The notes under the pieces are model-generated. The model was not told where the DNA came from, did not search any database, and saw only the letters and a list, made by a program, of their open reading frames with translations. The translations under genes were made by a program, and so were the position numbers. Shown here in pieces: positions 62,870 through 64,000 of a stretch of DNA of 64,000 bases (position 1 is its first letter; the number at the start of each line of letters is the position of its first letter). The DNA comes from the human T2T-CHM13v2.0 reference genome, Homo sapiens: assembly GCA_009914755.4 (NCBI GenBank), contig CP068257.2:20384001-20448000 (forward strand). Reading direction: 5' to 3'.

Positions 62870-63560
62870 TTAAAGTCAGGTAACCCAGTAGTAAATTACC
62901 AAGAAAGATAATTCCTGGCAATTATTTGGCAGGAATATTTGGAATCATAGACATATACTTTTCTCCACTGACACCTTTAAAATTTGAGGAAATTGGCGGG
63001 GTGTGGTGGCACATGCTTGTAATCCCAGCACTTTGGGAGGCCGAGGCGGGCAGATCACGAGGTCAAGAGATGGATACCATCCTGGCAAACATGGTGAAAA
63101 CCTATCTCTATTAAAAATACAAAAATTAGCTGGGAGTGGTGGGAGTGCCTATAGGCCCAGCTACTTGGGAGGCTGAAGCAGGAGAATCGCTTGACCTGGA
63201 AGGCGGAGGTTGCAGCAAGTGGATATTGTGCCACTGCACTCCAGCCTGGCAACAGAGCCAGACTCTGTCTCAAAAAAAAAAAATAAATAAATAAATAAAT
63301 AAATTGAAGAAATTATATGACATCCAAAATAAGAAAAATACAAGTAAAGAGAAGCCATAAAAAGTACTATGGCACACAAAAAGCTTCATGATCTTGTCAC
63401 TGAATGATACAACTTCATTTGTCAGAATCGGTTCCACTTTTACATTGAACTATTCCCTACTCCTTAGGCCCACAAAATCTGCTTGATTTTACCTCCAGTT
63501 TTTGACACAATTCCTTCCTGCTCTCTGATATGCACTTGTTTTTTGTTAAGCAATAGACTC
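62870..63560. repeat. Inverted copy of the right part of the duplicated block (corresponds to about 61455-61935 in reverse complement), carrying a full-length Alu at the homologous position
   Basis: The rc of 63340-63545 (aagcagattttgtgggcctaaggagtagggaatagttcaatgtaaaagtggaaccgattctgacaaatgaagttgtatcattcagtgacaagatcatgaagctttttgtgtgccatagtactttttatggcttc...) aligns with 61525-61660 (aagcagactttgtgggtctaaggaatgggacattgttcagtgtaagcggaacacaatctgataaatgaggtggcagcattcgctgacctgatcatgaagttttttgtgtgccatagtactttttatgtcttatc...). The flank on the other side of the Alu also matches (atttggaatcatagacatatacttttctccactgacacctttaaaat versus the rc of 61845-61895, atttggaatgatatacccatacttttctccactggcacctttaaaat). 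Confidence 0.75.
62995..63304 (+). mobile_element. Alu SINE (AluS-like), full length, with an (AAAT)n-extended tail
   Basis: ggcggggtgtggtggcacatgcttgtaatcccagcactttgggaggccgaggcgggcagatcacgaggtcaagagatgg...ctgcactccagcctggcaacagagccagactctgtctcaaaaaaaaaaaataaataaataaataaataaa. Confidence 0.95.
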
Positions 63561-64000
63561 GGAAATTTGAGCTTTCAATAACCGGATGTATTTTTGAAGT
63601 TTTAGAAGAAATTAGTTTTTGGGTGGAAATTTGTAGGTAAATAACCACCTTCTCAGGGCAGTTTTAAAACAGTTTTTAAATTACTTGCAAGCAATTAAAA
63701 GGTGGGTTCTTGTTAAAAGGTGGGGTCTGTTTCCTGACCACTTGAATCTGGGAGGGCTTACACATGCCCTGATCAACAGAGTATAACAGAATTGGTATTT
63801 TGTGATTTCTGCGGTTAAAACATTCCACTTCCATCTGCTTTTCTTTGGTCACTGAACTTCAGAGTCCTGACCTGTTATATAATTAGTGTGACCACCATGA
63901 GGTCACCATGGTGTGATGAAGCACAGCCCCATTGGACTTTTTAAATTCACCATTTGTGTAATGATGTGGAAAACATATTAATGTGTAAATATTTGTAAAT

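Overview
The compositional and repeat signatures of this 64 kb window are those of human (primate) nuclear DNA. It is not a prokaryotic or phage sequence. The window is AT-rich and dominated by interspersed repeats: at least nine Alu SINEs, many LINE-1 fragments and several MaLR-type LTRs (one THE1-like, three MLT1-like). One L1 carries both termini with a 10-bp target-site duplication, has an internal deletion and contains a nested Alu. There are also ERV-class LTR fragments and a set of microsatellites, including a roughly 215-bp CTT/CCT polypyrimidine tract. I found no convincing protein-coding gene, exon, CpG island, tRNA/rRNA gene, CRISPR array or operon-like organisation. Essentially every ORF in the supplied six-frame track is a chance ORF, a translated low-complexity repeat, an Alu-derived ORF or a decayed L1 ORF2 remnant, so there is no previously undescribed system that I can support. 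The observations worth a second look are structural and transposon-related. There are two independent L1 insertions with the 5'-inversion (twin-priming) architecture. An L1PA 3' end is nested in an L1M with a 12-bp TSD. A 114-bp L1 stub carries a perfect 16-bp TSD. There is a tail-to-tail inverted Alu pair, a tandemly duplicated ERV1-type LTR, a perfect 33-bp tandem duplication and a three-copy local duplication of about 0.5 to 0.7 kb. In that local duplication one arm is inverted and carries an Alu at the homologous position. All repeat family names are assigned by eye from remembered consensus sequences and should be confirmed with RepeatMasker/Dfam.
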